A DNA stretch of 64,000 nt from the NCBI GenBank assembly GCA_010093605.1, contig MU004181.1:3658001-3722000 (forward strand), given 5' to 3'. Within the stretch, counting starts at the first letter, position 1, and every line of letters starts with the position of its first letter. The notes beneath the pieces were generated by a model. The model was not told the DNA's origin. It did not search any database and worked only from the letters and a program-made list of their open reading frames with translations. A program made the translations under genes and the position numbers. This document shows, piece after piece, positions 34,800 through 48,216 of the stretch. The DNA is from Lophium mytilinum (Eukaryota).

Positions 34800-37700
34800 A
34801 TGCCGAACCTCACGAGTATCATCGATGGCTCAGTTGGCTCTGCCCAAGGCAAGCAAGGCACCACTATTCAAACTTTCCTCATCTCTCTCTCCGCTGGCTT
34901 CGTTCTCTTTGGCGTGCAGTTCGGTGCCTTCCTCATCTTTAGGAACTACCTCTGGTCGAAGCGAATATAGTAAGTTAGACATTCCTAATTTTTAATATTG
35001 GCGCTTTCACAGGTCTCTATATATTTGATGAAACAAAGACCTATCACCCGGCAATCTGTGTACTCACTGGCCCACCTTTAGCAGCGTCAGAACAGTGTAT
35101 ATACTTATGGCGACGAACTATCCCCCTTGTCGTTAAGCCGCTAATAGACCCCTAGCCAACCAAGGTCATTCCTGATACCACTCAAGGACAGAGTCAAGCC
35201 ACCGCCTAACAATCCTTTGAAATGGCTTGTGACCGTTTTCAAGATCCAGGAGGACCCCGAAGTTCTGCGTAAGGCGGGAATGGATGCGTACTTCTTTCTT
35301 CGGTACCTATCCATGTGCCTAAAGATTTTCTTTCCAATGGCGGTGGTAATCATCCCAATTTTAATACCTCTGAATTTCGTTTCCGGGAAGGGCACGAGGA
35401 TCGATCACACGAGGAAAGACGGCATTCATCACTTCAACGTCACCGGCCTGGTTAGTTACTCCAATATTGTTTCGATTCATGACAGACTAACCCAAAATTA
35501 GGATACGCTTGCTTGGTCAAATGTGGCACCCGAGAATACCTCGCGTTACTGGGCGCATCTGGTCCTGGCGGTGGGTGTAGTGGTATGGGTTGGCTACATC
35601 TTCTACAAAGAGCTTTACCATTACATTCGCAAGCGGCAAGAATACCTCGGAAGCCCGAGTCACCGACTGAAAGCGTCGAGCACCACAGTTCTCATCACGG
35701 ACATCCCGGAAGATCTCTGCAGTCCGGAGGCGCTCACCGAGCTCTATGACGACTTTCCTGGTGGAGTACGCAGAATCTGGATCAATCGCGACTTCAGTGC
35801 CCTTGTTAATAAGGACGAGGTTCGCAAATCATTTGAATCCCGCTTGGAGGACGCGGAGACGAACTTGCTACGGAAAGTAATTAAAAGCCATCGCAAGAAA
35901 CAGAAGAAGAAGGCCAGAGGAGCATTGGAAGGTTCCGCCTCAACGCCTACGGAGCCATTGGAGATGGATGTCCAATCCATACAACCTCCATCGGACTCGG
36001 GCCGAGTAGAGTCTGCTCAGTCTCAGCGTGCACTACAGGAAAAGATTGATAGCGACACAACTCCAGCAGCTTGCCAGGCTGACCTTCAGTATGATATGGA
36101 AACGGGAGCGGCTTGGACGCAATACCTGGGCCCAAAACAACGAGAATCCATGAGAATACCGAAAGACAATCACGCAGCGGCATTCGCGATTCCCCTCATT
36201 GGGCGATTCTTCTCTACTAAGGTCGACATTATCTACTACTGTCGCCGGGAACTTGCTCGCCTAAATAAGGAAATCGAGAACGATATCGACCGACCGGAAT
36301 CTTATCCCCACAACCGGTCGGCCTTTATACAGTTCAACAATCAGAAAGCAGCACATCTCGCTTGCCAAGCTGTCGCCGACATTCGCCCAAGACAAATGAA
36401 AAATCGTACAGTTGAGATCTCACCAGCAGACATCAATTGGCCTGCCTTGAACTTGTCTTGGGTAGACCGATATCTACGCCTAGCTGCGTTCACCGTGATA
36501 TTCATTCTCTTAATACTAGTGTTCGGTATCATTTCTTTTGCTACTGGAATTATCTCCAAGGCCTCAACGCTGTCAGGTTCATACAACTGGTTACGCTGGA
36601 TCGGACACCTGCCCCCGTGGCTCCTCTCCTTCATACAGGGTACGCTCCCGCCCGTAATTCAGGTAAGCTACATTCCGCCTCAAGTTAAGGCCGGGCTGAC
36701 AACATCTAGGTTATCCTTTTGAGTGGACCGCTTCCAATAATACTTCGAGCGCTTACCAATAGCACTAGAGGCGCCACAACTGGCTCTCAGGGTGAACGTT
36801 CACTTCAGCTGTGGTACTTCATCTTCCTACTCATCGAGATTTTCCTGATTCCCACCATCTCCTCCGGGTTGACTTCGATTGTGAACACCCTTGTCAAAAA
36901 CACCATGTCGGTTCCGTCAATCCTCGGTCAGGACTTGCCCACTGCATCAAACTACTTCTTCTCATTCTTGATCCTACAAGCACTTTCGATCAGTGCTAGT
37001 TCGATACTGCAAACTATCCGTTTGTTCAACTTCTATGTCATTGGCGGCGTCAATACTCCAGACAGCGTCTTCGAAAAGCTTTCCTGGACCAACCGAACTC
37101 GGATAGGCTCCAACATTCCATGGTACACCACGTTTGCGGTCATAGGCCTCGTTTACTCAGTAATCGCGCCGCTGATGCTGATCTTCATGATCATCACGTT
37201 TAGCCTCTTCTGGATTGTGATCAAGAATAACGTGCTCTACGTTATACGGACTGGTAACGTAGACGGTGGCGGACTGTTCTTCCCAAATGCCATCAATCAG
37301 CTCTTTACTGGTCTATACTTTATGGAGGTCTGCCTCATTGGACTTTTCTTTTTGGCCCGCGATGTAAACGGCAACGTCGCGTGTGAAGCACAAGGAATCA
37401 TCATGGCAGTTGTCCTAGCCTTCACTGTCTTCTACCAGATCTGGCTCACGACAAACTTTAACGGCCTATTCAAATTCGCCCCAGTCCGCTTGTTGTCAGA
37501 GGCAGCGAAACGGGACGAGGAAATGGAGATGGAACGCCTGACCGCAGCTCCTGAAGCAAGCGATCAACCTGCTTTGAGCGACGACAAGGAATTAGGACCC
37601 AGTGAAAAGAATCAGATCGATTCTCCCTCCAGCCAAACCGAGCTTCACCAACAACCACAACGACATCGGAAGTCCGACGCAGCGCTCAGTCCTGACCTAA

Positions 37701-38245
37701 AACTGGAGAGAAGAGCCTCAACCTTCCGCTCTCATTACACAGCCGCCCTCCCCCGCGCACAGGACATGCAAGACCAACAACGAGCCGACCGCGAGTCTGC
37801 TAAACACATCCTCGCGCGCCTCAATCGGCCCCTTAACGAAACCCGTCTCGCACAACTTGAGAACGACCTTGCGCAGGTTGAAGTACGCGTCGGTAACGTC
37901 CTCATCCCGCGTCGCAAGGACATCGAAGCCCAGATGATGAACGACCCCATCTCGAAGATCATCATGCAGCACAATGATGAGCTGGAGGACCTCGAGCCAG
38001 AGGAACGTGATATCCTCCTGTCCGTAGCGTTTACGCATCCGATCATGCGGCAAACGAAACCGAGTGTGTGGATTCCGCAAGATGAGGTAGGGGTGAGCGA
38101 TGACGAGGTGCGGCGGATGAGGGAGCTAAGTGTTGATCTGTTTGTGGATAATCGGGGCGCGTACTTTGATCGGAAACTGAAGGTACAGGTGGACAAGCCG
38201 CCGCCCGATATGTCAGAGTTTGCGCTCGTGATGGAGGAGTTGTAG
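34800..38245 (+). CDS. OSCA/TMEM63 (CSC1/RSN1/PHM7, DUF221) channel, multi-exon
   Basis: GMDAYFFLRYL, RYWAHLVLA, TTVLITDIP, RSAFIQFNNQ, EISPADINWPAL, LPTASNYF, GGLFFPNAINQLFTGLY, VWIPQDEVGVS. First exon is MPNLTS...KRI ending at GTAAGT. Confidence 0.93.
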
Positions 38246-38736
38246 ATGCGAGCATAGCATTGTAGCATTGCGCTGTATATCGAGTGGGGGGAGGTGTAAT
38301 CATTGTAAAGACATACGACCCTTGGGATTCCCTAAAGTAATATATATACCTAGACTTCTCCTAAAGAAATTAATATGAAGATAGAACCTGTGAACGAGGC
38401 CACGCAGAGGAATGCTTGAAAATTCAGATCTGATGCAGCGGCTGAGGTGGCTCCAGGTCTGGCCCAACCGCGCAAATCCCCTGCCCGTGGAACTGAAATA
38501 GAACCTGCAATATGAACGCCATGTAGAGACTTCCTGAATCAAACTCAAGGAAAACCAAACCTTCCAAACTGATGCCACCGCCTGGGGTGCCTCAAGACCT
38601 GCTCCAACTGTGCAGTATAGCAATGCTTCCATGCCGAAATGTAAGCCTTGCACTTCCGTGATTGCTAACCTGATTGGTAGCTGTCAGATGTGCCTCCATG
38701 CCTTATCTCATCCTGCAAACCCTTCCTCCAAAGCGC

Positions 38737-40057
38737 TCAATTTACGGCCTCCTGTGCTGTCTTCTCGTCCGCGCGTTTCAGGCGCTCCATCAGGCTCAAC
38801 TCAACACCCGCTGTTCGAACGTCTGTGAGCCGCTCCAGGACAGCATGGGCTAGCAACAGAGCCATTTTCCGACTAAGCTGGTTCTGAATAGCTACTAGGT
38901 CAGATGGCTTGGCGCACCACGCCAAAGTCTCAGTGACTAGGTTGCGCAACTTCTCTGGGGCTTTAGGGGTGGCGAAGACGTATTCCAGGACGGATGCAAG
39001 AGGCGGATAGAGTGGGGACATCTGCGGCGTCGGTGTTGGATGCTGCTCAGAAGTTTGCGATGTGGAAGGCTCAATCTTCAGCTCCGGGGCGGAGATCTCA
39101 ACTTCGTGGACGATGCAGGCGATGATGCGAGTCATGACGATCTCTTGGAGAGTATCCATGCGGAATCTGTGAGCCAAAGTATAGAGTTCGCACATCCGTG
39201 CCACGCTGATTCTATCCTGAAGCGCACCCTGATAGAGCCATTGGATCAGGTGCTGGACTGTCTGCGAGCTGATATCTTCTAGAACAAGAGTATCATGTGC
39301 CATGGCTTGAAGAGGGTTCCTGGCAATGCTCTCTGATTCCTCCCTCTTGATTGTCTTCAGGGCATCGCGAAGGGCCTCAGCAACCTTCCTCACCGCGACG
39401 GCCTTGAGAAGCCAGAGGCGATCCGGAATGCTGTCTATTCCAGGGTTGGAGTCGACTCCTTCCGGCGCATTTTTCGTGTCGCGCATCTTGGTGTTCATGT
39501 ACACAGAATTCGTTTGAACCTTGATGAGTTCCTTTAGGTCTTTCTTGGTGTTTGCGCTGACACTGTGCTGGCCTCTCCAGACCTTGATCAAAGCCTTGAC
39601 ACGCTGGAAGAGTTGAGTCAGTGGAGATATACAAAGATTGATCAGGAGTGCCTTACCGACGTATTGACTCCTGCGGCATTTCCCTCCTTCAGTAACTCTT
39701 CGAAGAAATCGGAAAGTTCAGCGAGAGTTTCGGATGAGCCCCGCAAGGGTTTGGCCTTCTCACATAGACCACGGATGTAAGGGCTAGTAGAGCACATAAG
39801 CTCTTTGTGGACCATAAGTCGCTTCTTCTCAGGGCCACACTCAAAGTGGAAAGGAGTCACATAGAGATACCTTGAACATGTTAGCACTCAGAACAGAGAG
39901 TAAGCTCGTGAGGCCACCCCAGACAGCGGCGAAACGAGTGTACACACTTGCGCACTCACCCCTGATTCTCTGGTGACGGCGAATCGCGGCCGGGGGCCTC
40001 CACCGTCATTCGGACGTCGGGTGTTTGGGACATTGTGTATGGAGCCTCGGACCCCAT
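38737..40057 (-). CDS. Divergent BTB/POZ-like protein, about 3 exons
   Basis: FECGPEKKRLMVHKELMCSTSPY, LEDISSQTVQHLIQWLYQG and LYTLAHRFRMDTLQ match the BTB pattern. First exon MGSEAPYTMSQ ends at GTGAGT. Confidence 0.7.
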
Positions 40058-40170
40058 TGGGTTGATTGGTGCTTCGTATCGATCGAAGAAGATTAGAGTC
40101 CGATGAAGTGCAAGATGAAGTGCAAGATGGTTGAGAAGTGGAGTGTAAAGGTGATGGAGCAGTCCGAAGC

Positions 40171-40569
40171 CGAAGTTTCGATTTGTATCGGATCAAACCT
40201 CACTTCGGAGTGCGGGGGAACGGGTGTGGAGAAGGTGGACAAGACGAGGCCGGCGTCTGGGGCTAGACTGGGCAAAGCTTTGCGCCAGAGGGGCCTGGTA
40301 TGCTGATCAGAGTGCGGTGTGAAGGAGATGGACAGGACGGAGTTCGAGGTTCTGTTTTAGCTCGAACTAGACCTCACCCCGAAGGCGCCAGTAATGCCGG
40401 AGGCAGTGGAGTGTTGAAGAGTTGGAGGAGACCGAGTTCAAGGTGCTAATATATACCAGAAGGACCTCACTTTGAGTGTTTTAGAGTGTTGGAGTTGGAA
40501 GGAGTAGAGTGTAAGAGAGATGGAGTAGGTATGGGTCGAGGTTTCGATATATACTCGACGAGATCTCAC
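40171..40569. repeat. Four degenerate ~33 bp units (C[GA]A[GA]GT...A[CT]CTCAC) upstream of the BTB gene
   Basis: Units at 40171-40203, 40345-40377, 40439-40470 and 40537-40569, with 32-33 nt length and partly self-complementary ends. Confidence 0.55.
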
Positions 40570-41629
40570 TTCTGGAAACTAGGAGTGCTGGAGGATTTGG
40601 ACTTGAAAAGTAATGGAGGACGCAGAAGTCAGGATCTGGTGCACTAGAACTAAGACAGAAATTCCTTTACACCTTTCAACACCGCTTGTGGTACTTCAAA
40701 GAGCATTCGCCCTTCCAATAAATGTTCTAATGTCTCCTTTTCATACTCCTAAAACATCATTGACCAATCTCAAGCGTTGGCAAAGAACTGTATCCGGATC
40801 GAACCTGTAACCCAATATTTGTTGGTGCATTACAAGCGGTGTCAGCAAGATATAAGGAAATCCTATACTAGCAGTGCATATTATGCCAAACCACATGTTG
40901 TCGAGGGTGCTTCAACGTGTTATCAAAATATAGTGCGAGGAGTTGGGACCCAGGGCAAATGCGGGTGCAATAACTTATGCTTTGTTACCGCAGATGTTCG
41001 ATGAATACTTCAAGCTCTGGATACTGAGTTGCAATGCTACCGAGACACAATCCAGCGCCTCTGAAATGCTTAAAAGTAGCCAAAAGCTAGCTTTATGATA
41101 TCCACTCAACACGATAAAATGAACAGTTCCATTTGGTTCACCGTGCCACCTCAGACTGAGAGCAGTTGACAATCTTGTGCAGAGGCGAAGTCTCAGGACA
41201 AACTTGATGGATGTACAGCACTTCTTAGCCCTAGCTTTAAGAACAGCATGGTGTTAAATCAACGGAAGTTGATTAAGACGGCTTGGCATGGTTTGAGCGT
41301 GGGAGATGGGTGATGAACAGAGATCGGGCCGAATGAAATTCTGGAGCCGCTCATTGACATTACGAGGATTTGATGTGCAGCTGCTGTATGTTTAAGCCTA
41401 AGCGCAACATTGGAGTTTTGCTTTAGTGTAGTGAATACTTTTAGATGGTGATAGTGGTAACGAAAGTGGTGATGTAGACTTGGTGTTGAGGGTTGGCTAG
41501 ATTTCCCCCTCCCTGCCAAGCCAAACTTCTGTTGCGACAACAACACCCCCGCGAGTCACCTCCGCCGGCGAGGACGCGTCGACTTTCTCCCTTTCTATCG
41601 TGCTGCAGTCATGATAGTACGATATCCAG

Positions 41630-44556
41630 ATGTCAAAAGCAACAGAAGATCGCGTCGAACACGCGTTAACACAGCTACTTGAGCGCGTCCTACCCACCTA
41701 CTCCGACGAAGATGAAGCGCAATCGGACGAGCGATTTGACAATGCCTTCAATTTCGCTAGTGAGGCCATACGGAGGCAAGCAAACACATACATTGGGGAT
41801 GAATCTTTCTGACTGTGACCCAGTGCTGGAGAACCTTCAATCGAGCCCGATCTCGACCACGTCTCCGACCTGATCAGGAGGAAACGTACGGACCACAATC
41901 CCGACTATGGTAATAGGCGCTGATACATACAGTCGTGAGAGACAATTCGAACCCGAACAAAGCCCTCCAGTTCTCGAATCTCTTCGCGAGACTCATTACC
42001 CAGCCGGTGTTGAACCAGAAATGGGCAATGCTGTACTTTCTATATCAGCTCTCGGATTCAAGCCATACATCTACCGCACTTCCTCCTACCTCCAACACAC
42101 TTGTCGCTGACACTGAGGAGCGGCCTCGTAATCCGTCCACGCCGCACGTAGCTAGGAGCGAGCGACATACTAGCGTTGACAGCCCCTCCTTCAACGAGGC
42201 CTTCTCGAACGCAGGCCTGCGAAGACTTCCCGTGAACGATGGCTCCCCTCAACCCTCTCCCCGACCGCCACCAGTACCCCACGCAAAAGCAGAAAGAAAA
42301 CGAGAGAAGCCCGCAGTGGATGGATCCAAGGAACAGACACTCGAAGAGTTACCCCAGTCTGGGCAGATATACCCACCGATGAGCCCACCCGAGCCGGCGC
42401 TACTCCGCGATCTTCCTTTCACCCTGCAAGGTCTATCTTCTACAAATCTAGTTTTCTCCCCTCATGGAACAGCAGCGCTCAACCTTCCTACCACACTTCC
42501 TGTCCCCCTCATAAGTCTACTACATACCCTCGCCGAACCATCGCTACTGTATCGTGGCTTATCGCAATTCGTGGAGTCGACGGAAGGAGGATTGGTGGGA
42601 CAAAGTTTCCGGTCAGCGCTGAGCAAAGAGCTAAGGTCTTACCTTGGTCTTGTAGCCACGTTGGAGGGACAAATCAGGCAAGCACTTGCAATGCTAGACG
42701 ATTCTCAACCACGGCAAGGAATTGGCAAAGCTGGCGTAACTCTCAAGCGCTGTGTGATTTGGACAAGAGAGCCCACAATGGGACTACGATTAATGAGTTT
42801 AATGGTTGAAGAGTCAAAAGGTAAGCCTATTCAAGGAAAACGGCCAACCGAGTATCGCTAACTCTGTCAAGGTAAAAAGGGCGGGCAGTTGATTTCGTTG
42901 ATTCATTCGTTTTCACTAACGCATGGCGACCCTTACGTTGGAGCGTTTGCCGAGCGACTTCTTGCGCACGTTACACGACCTTTCTACGACATGTTACGAC
43001 AATGGATATATGATGGCGAGCTTGCCGACCCCTATTTTGAATTTTTCGTCTCTGAGCAAAGCGAGGCTGAGATCACGAACACGAACGGCGACGGTCAAAA
43101 GGGTGGTGCTACAAGCGTTTGGGAAGACAAATACAAACTCAACGACCGGATGATTCCGACTATCATCACGGAAGAATTCGCTAATAAGGTGTTCTTGATC
43201 GGGAAGAGTTTGAACTTCATCAGATACGGATGTGGAGATGCCGCTTGGGTAGAAAGCTACTCCAAAGAGGCATCGAAGGAGCTGCGCTATGGCGACACGG
43301 CTGGTCTCGAGCATTCAATCGGAGAGGCGTATAAGACGACGATGGCGCGTCTCATCAGTCTGATGGTCGATAAGTTCAAGCTTCTGGAGCATCTCCAGGC
43401 TTTGAAGCAATACATCCTTCTCGGCGCTGGAGACTTTATCGCCGTTTTAATGGAATCGCTATCCTCAAATCTCGACCGTCCAGCCAACACGCAATACCGA
43501 CATACCCTTACTGCTCAACTGGAACATGCTGTCCGCAACTCAAACGCCCAATACGATTCACCTGACGTTCTTCGACGCCTCGACTCCCGCATGTTGGAGC
43601 TTTCGCATGGCGAGATCGGCTGGGACGTCTTTACTCTCGAATACAAAATTGACGCTCCAGTCGATGTCATCGTAACCCCATTTGGCTCGAAACAATATCT
43701 CAAAGTTTTCAACTTCCTCTGGCGCGTCAAGCGCGTCGAATTCGCACTTGGCTCCACCTGGCGTCGATGCATGACGGGCGCCCGTGGTGTTCTTGGGACC
43801 GTGTCTGACAAAGTTGGAACCGATTGGAAGAAAGCTCGGTGCGCCGTTGCAGAGATGATCCATTTTGTCAATCAATTGCAATATTATATTCTCTTTGAAG
43901 TCATCGAGTCTTCTTGGAATGACCTCCAGGAAGCGTTGCGCAAGCCTGAGAGCACACTCGACGATCTCATCGAGGCGCACGCTAAGTACCTCACAAGCAT
44001 CACGAGGAAAGGCCTACTGGGTAGCCAACACGTAGATTTCACCAGCCAGCTGCATGAGCTCCTGAAAATCATGCTTGCCTACAAGGACGCAGTAGATGGC
44101 TTATATTCCTTCTCCGTCGCAGAATTCACCCGGCGGCAAGAAATCAGCGCGAAGATTGAGACACGCACCGCGGAAGGAAGATGGGGCATATCAGAAAAGG
44201 ACGCGCTCGACAACGATGCTACGCCTGGCGCTACGAAGGGTCGCAAACCAAGATCGGCCGATACCGATTCGCCTTTCCCTATTATGCAGTCTGCAGGCGG
44301 TAACGAGGATGACGTGTTGCCCGCATTACGTATCCGGCTTGGGAATCTGCTGGTGGAATTCCGAAGTAGGGTCAACGTTCTGCTAGGCGATTTGTATCAT
44401 CAGCCTGACCATGATATGAGGTGGCTGGCCATGGTCATGAACTTCAATGACGTGTATCAGCCTGCAAGGCGGAAGCGAAGAACGGAGAAGAAAAAGGAGA
44501 CCCCGAAGCCAGGCTCGTCAGAGGCTGGGGTAGAAAAGGGGAAAGGGAAGGGGTAA
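41630..44556 (+). CDS. alp6: Gamma-tubulin complex component GCP3 (Spc98/Alp6); 4 exons, first intron GC-AG
   Basis: LLRDLPFTLQG, GQSFRSAL, HGDPYV, FLIGKSLNFIR, GDFIAVLMESL, GWDVFTLEYKIDAP, YLKVFNFLWRVKRVE, HFVNQLQYY, LDDLIEAH. Confidence 0.93.
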
Positions 44557-44960
44557 GTGGGAGTTAGACCCCTTTCGCCACCTTAGGTGCATTGGGGACA
44601 TGGCGTGAAGTTTGGGTGACTGTAGCCGGTCGGGACCACAATTAGATGCAATCATATGTAAAGTAATATGTACCCTAGCGGGATATTCTGAGATTGTGCA
44701 TGACAGCGGGTATATTGCTTGGACATGAGTCTGTGTACAGTGGTACCCCGCCTCTTCAGCTACTTGAATGTATATTGGGAGCTTTATTTGCTACATACGG
44801 TTTCTGTATTAGCTCGTGTTGCGAGTTTGCGAACCATTCAGACTGCTGGATCTGGATCCTGTTCACAGAACATCGAATCGCTGAAATCTGGTGAAGAATC
44901 TCGGAGCGACGCGTCTTAGGTCTTCTTGACGTGGTGTTGAACTGTGTCATCCAACCTACC

Positions 44961-45593
44961 TCAATACATTCCTCCCTCAAAGGGCGCCATCTCGTTCTCT
45001 TTCTCTTCATCAAGCATGTCCAAATACACAATCCACCCCTTGTCGTGCCACTCCCGCAGATCAAGCCCCTCCTGCCGCGCGTCTAGGCTCGTTGCATTGA
45101 TGCTCAGATAGCTGGTATCGCCCTCTTTCCAGCCCTCCTTCTTCACGCGCCACACCTTTGTCAACTTCCCCTCTTTCTCCCCTCCAGACCATTCCCCAAG
45201 GTCTATCTCCGCCAACTCGCTCTCCCCGCCAAATGTGAAGCATCGGACTCCGCACTTTGGACAGAAGAACCAGTGTGTGAACTTCGCGAAGCACTGGTAG
45301 TCGGCCAATCCACCGTCCGCGGGGTCATCGAATGGATTGGTGGGCGCCAGCAGCACGAAATCGTCTGGCGAGGACTGCGGCCGTACGTGGAAGAAGTTTG
45401 TTTTATGACAGCTGGTGCAATTGCACTTCCTCATCCGAGTGGTAATTGAGGCATTGACGGTAACGTGCACCGCGGGTGGGGGGAAGGTCAGGAGGCAGCG
45501 GTAGCGTGTGTAGCCACAGTGGCATGAGCCATTGTAAAGGCGTCGGCCCGGGGAATCAGTAGTGTTCGCTGTCGTGGTGGGTTGGGATGCCAT
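44961..45593 (-). CDS. GFA/CENP-V (Mss4-like, DUF636) zinc-binding protein
   Basis: YNGSCHCG...KCNCTSCHK...FFCPKCGVRCF. Confidence 0.88.
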   Translation of the reverse strand: MASQPTTTANTTDSPGRRLYNGSCHCGYTRYRCLLTFPPPAVHVTVNASITTRMRKCNCTSCHKTNFFHVRPQSSPDDFVLLAPTNPFDDPADGGLADYQCFAKFTHWFFCPKCGVRCFTFGGESELAEIDLGEWSGGEKEGKLTKVWRVKKEGWKEGDTSYLSINATSLDARQEGLDLREWHDKGWIVYLDMLDEEKENEMAPFEGGMY

Positions 45594-46875
45594 TGTAGGG
45601 TTAGGATGGAAGTTCTGTAAATGTGAATGCTGCGTCTTAGTCCACTTTTCAATTGAAGCTTTGTTGTTACTAGTAAAGCCTGTGAGTCGGACACAGAGCT
45701 ACCCATCTCGTCGACTCAGCACTAGAAAACCACTCTGTCGTACGTGGCTGATTATGGTGTTACAGCCTGTGGGAGATAGGGCGTGTTGCTTAGTAATCGT
45801 GACAGACGGACCGCCACGTCTCCCATCATTCGTCTGTAATCACAGACAGGACTTCAGCTGTATTCTTTCTACACGATTAGTGATATCTTCGCCCGTATTG
45901 GATGGCTTGAATGCATCGTGTAATTAGCGTCCCGATGAAAGCGATTGGGGAAAATAAGTAGCCTAAGAAAGGCCATATGCAGCAACTCGATCTGTAATAA
46001 AGTCTTTCATTGTTATATCACCTTCCTTTTACCACTAGCATCCTAGATCAACACCTCTTATCAGTACAAGCCGCTGCAACGCTATACTGGAACGAGTACG
46101 ACAATCACCCGCATTACCTTCTGAAGCTACGGTATCAAAAGCTAACAGACCGAGGAAGCAAGGGGCTGAACAGCCTTCGCTGACGCACAAACCGTGAGAG
46201 AAGATAAATGAGCCATGCTTCAGCCTTCCTGGACCATCTTGGCAAGTACCAAGGCCATGTTCGCGAAGATTGCTCGCTCTCCGGGTAAGTCGCAGGTTGA
46301 AGCACCACGGGTTTCAAGGCACGATGCTCCGTGCACGAAGCCATTCCGGCAGACTTTGCCCTCTTCAACTACCCATTGAAATGCGAGAGTAAGCGCCGAA
46401 TTTGTGATCAGGCCTTCATCGGTATCCGGCGAGTGCTTTGGTTGATCGGGACTCCTCTACCTTGGGTCCCGTTTTTATCTGTAGTACCTTCTGCATCTAT
46501 CGTTCAGCATCCCATTCAGCATTGAGAATGCAGCCAGCTCACCTACAGATCTAGATAATAGGATAGTATTACAGTCATTTGTTTTCTAGTACTCAGCTTG
46601 GGAAATGTCCGGCCTAGACCGTTTGCTTCCCCGACATGTAGCAGGCGACGCCCCTGTTACGATCCCGTGTGTCACAGCCTGTCTCAAGTCCTAGGCCCCT
46701 TTCACACTCCTCAATGATAAACTCAGAGCTGCCTTGAAATTTGCAAGCACTCCAACAATATCAACAGCGCATTCACTGAGCCCTCATTCGGTCGCGACTT
46801 GTCCATTCGTCGCTTTTACTTCTCTAAATCTACTTCATTCTGGCTTCTTCTCCTCATAGGCAGTCCAGGATCCCA

Positions 46876-48216
46876 ATGTGGAATGCTAATCGTGTTTCGA
46901 GTCCTCCCTCCCGCACGTCTTCCGTCCATTCTGTGCAAAATTCTGTGACATCGATGTCACGATCTCCCTCTGTACATTCCATTGCACGATCAATCAACTC
47001 GTACCGTGGGTCTGGAGGTTACGATTCAGACCGGAGTAGCGACACAGCAGGCGAGGACGAATTCCCGATGCCACCAACCACGACAGCCACTATTCCCCCA
47101 CTATGGCAACAACAAGAGCGCCTGGCACAGAAGCTCGGCCACGCAACTCTTCACGTCGCAGAAATCCAGCTACCTCCCCCACAGGTACGCGAGAGCATAC
47201 GAGAAGATGAAAGTGAAACACGTTCCCGCGGCTCAACCCTCGCCGACGAGCAAGACTTCGAATTTCCAGAGAAAACCCCTACTTCTCTCAAGCCCAAAGC
47301 TCTACCTGAGGACGAGAAGGAGATTGACCTAGTTCCCGAGCCTCGAGTGATTGGGCCTCTTGAGCAGCAACTTTCTGCCCTACTTTCCAAAGTTGTCTTT
47401 CTCGAGCGCGAAAACCCAACCATTGCCGTCCACCCCGATGAATACAGAAAGATGCAAGATCGTATAAAGTCTCTCGAAGCCGAGAAAGCAACCTGGCAAA
47501 AACGCCACGAGGCTCTCTTCGCTCTACGCGACGAGGACGTCGAGAACAACATCAAGATCCGCGGCCTGCTTGCCAAGGAGCGGCGCGATCACGAGGCTAT
47601 GAAGAAGTTACGCGACGAGGACCTCGAGAATGTGCTCGTAGTACGCAGCAAACTCGCTGAAGCTACGCGGAAGCTTGACCGCCTCGAGAAGACCGGTGCC
47701 GCTTTCACTCCTAATGGGCGCCCGAAGAGCGTCGCGCTCGAAAGGCGAAATACCACGGATCTCTTCCAGGCAGCACGTAACGCAGCACTCGAGCAACGAG
47801 CACTCGAGCTCGAGAAGGCGAACCAGGACCTGCTGTCTCAAATCGCGGCGCTGAAGCAGGGCATGAGTGCAACGGCCACGAGTGGATCTACTGATAAAGT
47901 CACAGCGCATGCCGCTTTGCGCGATACCGTTAGCGACCTACAGTTCAAGCTTCGTCAGAAAGATGAGGAGCTCGCACGGGCCCGGGTCGGTGGAGGAGGA
48001 GTAACGGCGGGTACGTCTTCGATAGACTGGCACCGCATCGAAGCGTTGCATGAGGCACATTCCACGCACCGTGAGAAGAGTGCGCAGAGGCTACAGCAGC
48101 TCAGGTCCGAGAAAGAGACACTTCAGAGAGAGTTGCACAAATATGAGGACGAGAATGCTGCGCTGGAGGCGAAAGTTGAGAATTTGCAGAGGCGGCTAGG
48201 TAGTGTAGGAGCTTAG
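46876..48216 (+). CDS. Hypothetical coiled-coil protein (446 aa) with Ser-rich N-terminus
   Basis: Long ATG-initiated intronless ORF with E/K/R/L-rich heptads and a duplicated LRDED[VL]EN motif. Confidence 0.8.
   Translation: MWNANRVSSPPSRTSSVHSVQNSVTSMSRSPSVHSIARSINSYRGSGGYDSDRSSDTAGEDEFPMPPTTTATIPPLWQQQERLAQKLGHATLHVAEIQLPPPQVRESIREDESETRSRGSTLADEQDFEFPEKTPTSLKPKALPEDEKEIDLVPEPRVIGPLEQQLSALLSKVVFLERENPTIAVHPDEYRKMQDRIKSLEAEKATWQKRHEALFALRDEDVENNIKIRGLLAKERRDHEAMKKLRDEDLENVLVVRSKLAEATRKLDRLEKTGAAFTPNGRPKSVALERRNTTDLFQAARNAALEQRALELEKANQDLLSQIAALKQGMSATATSGSTDKVTAHAALRDTVSDLQFKLRQKDEELARARVGGGGVTAGTSSIDWHRIEALHEAHSTHREKSAQRLQQLRSEKETLQRELHKYEDENAALEAKVENLQRRLGSVGA

Noticed and set aside
40171..40569. 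Repeat-spacer pattern as a CRISPR array
   Set aside because: Eukaryotic context, highly degenerate repeats, irregular long spacers, and no cas genes.
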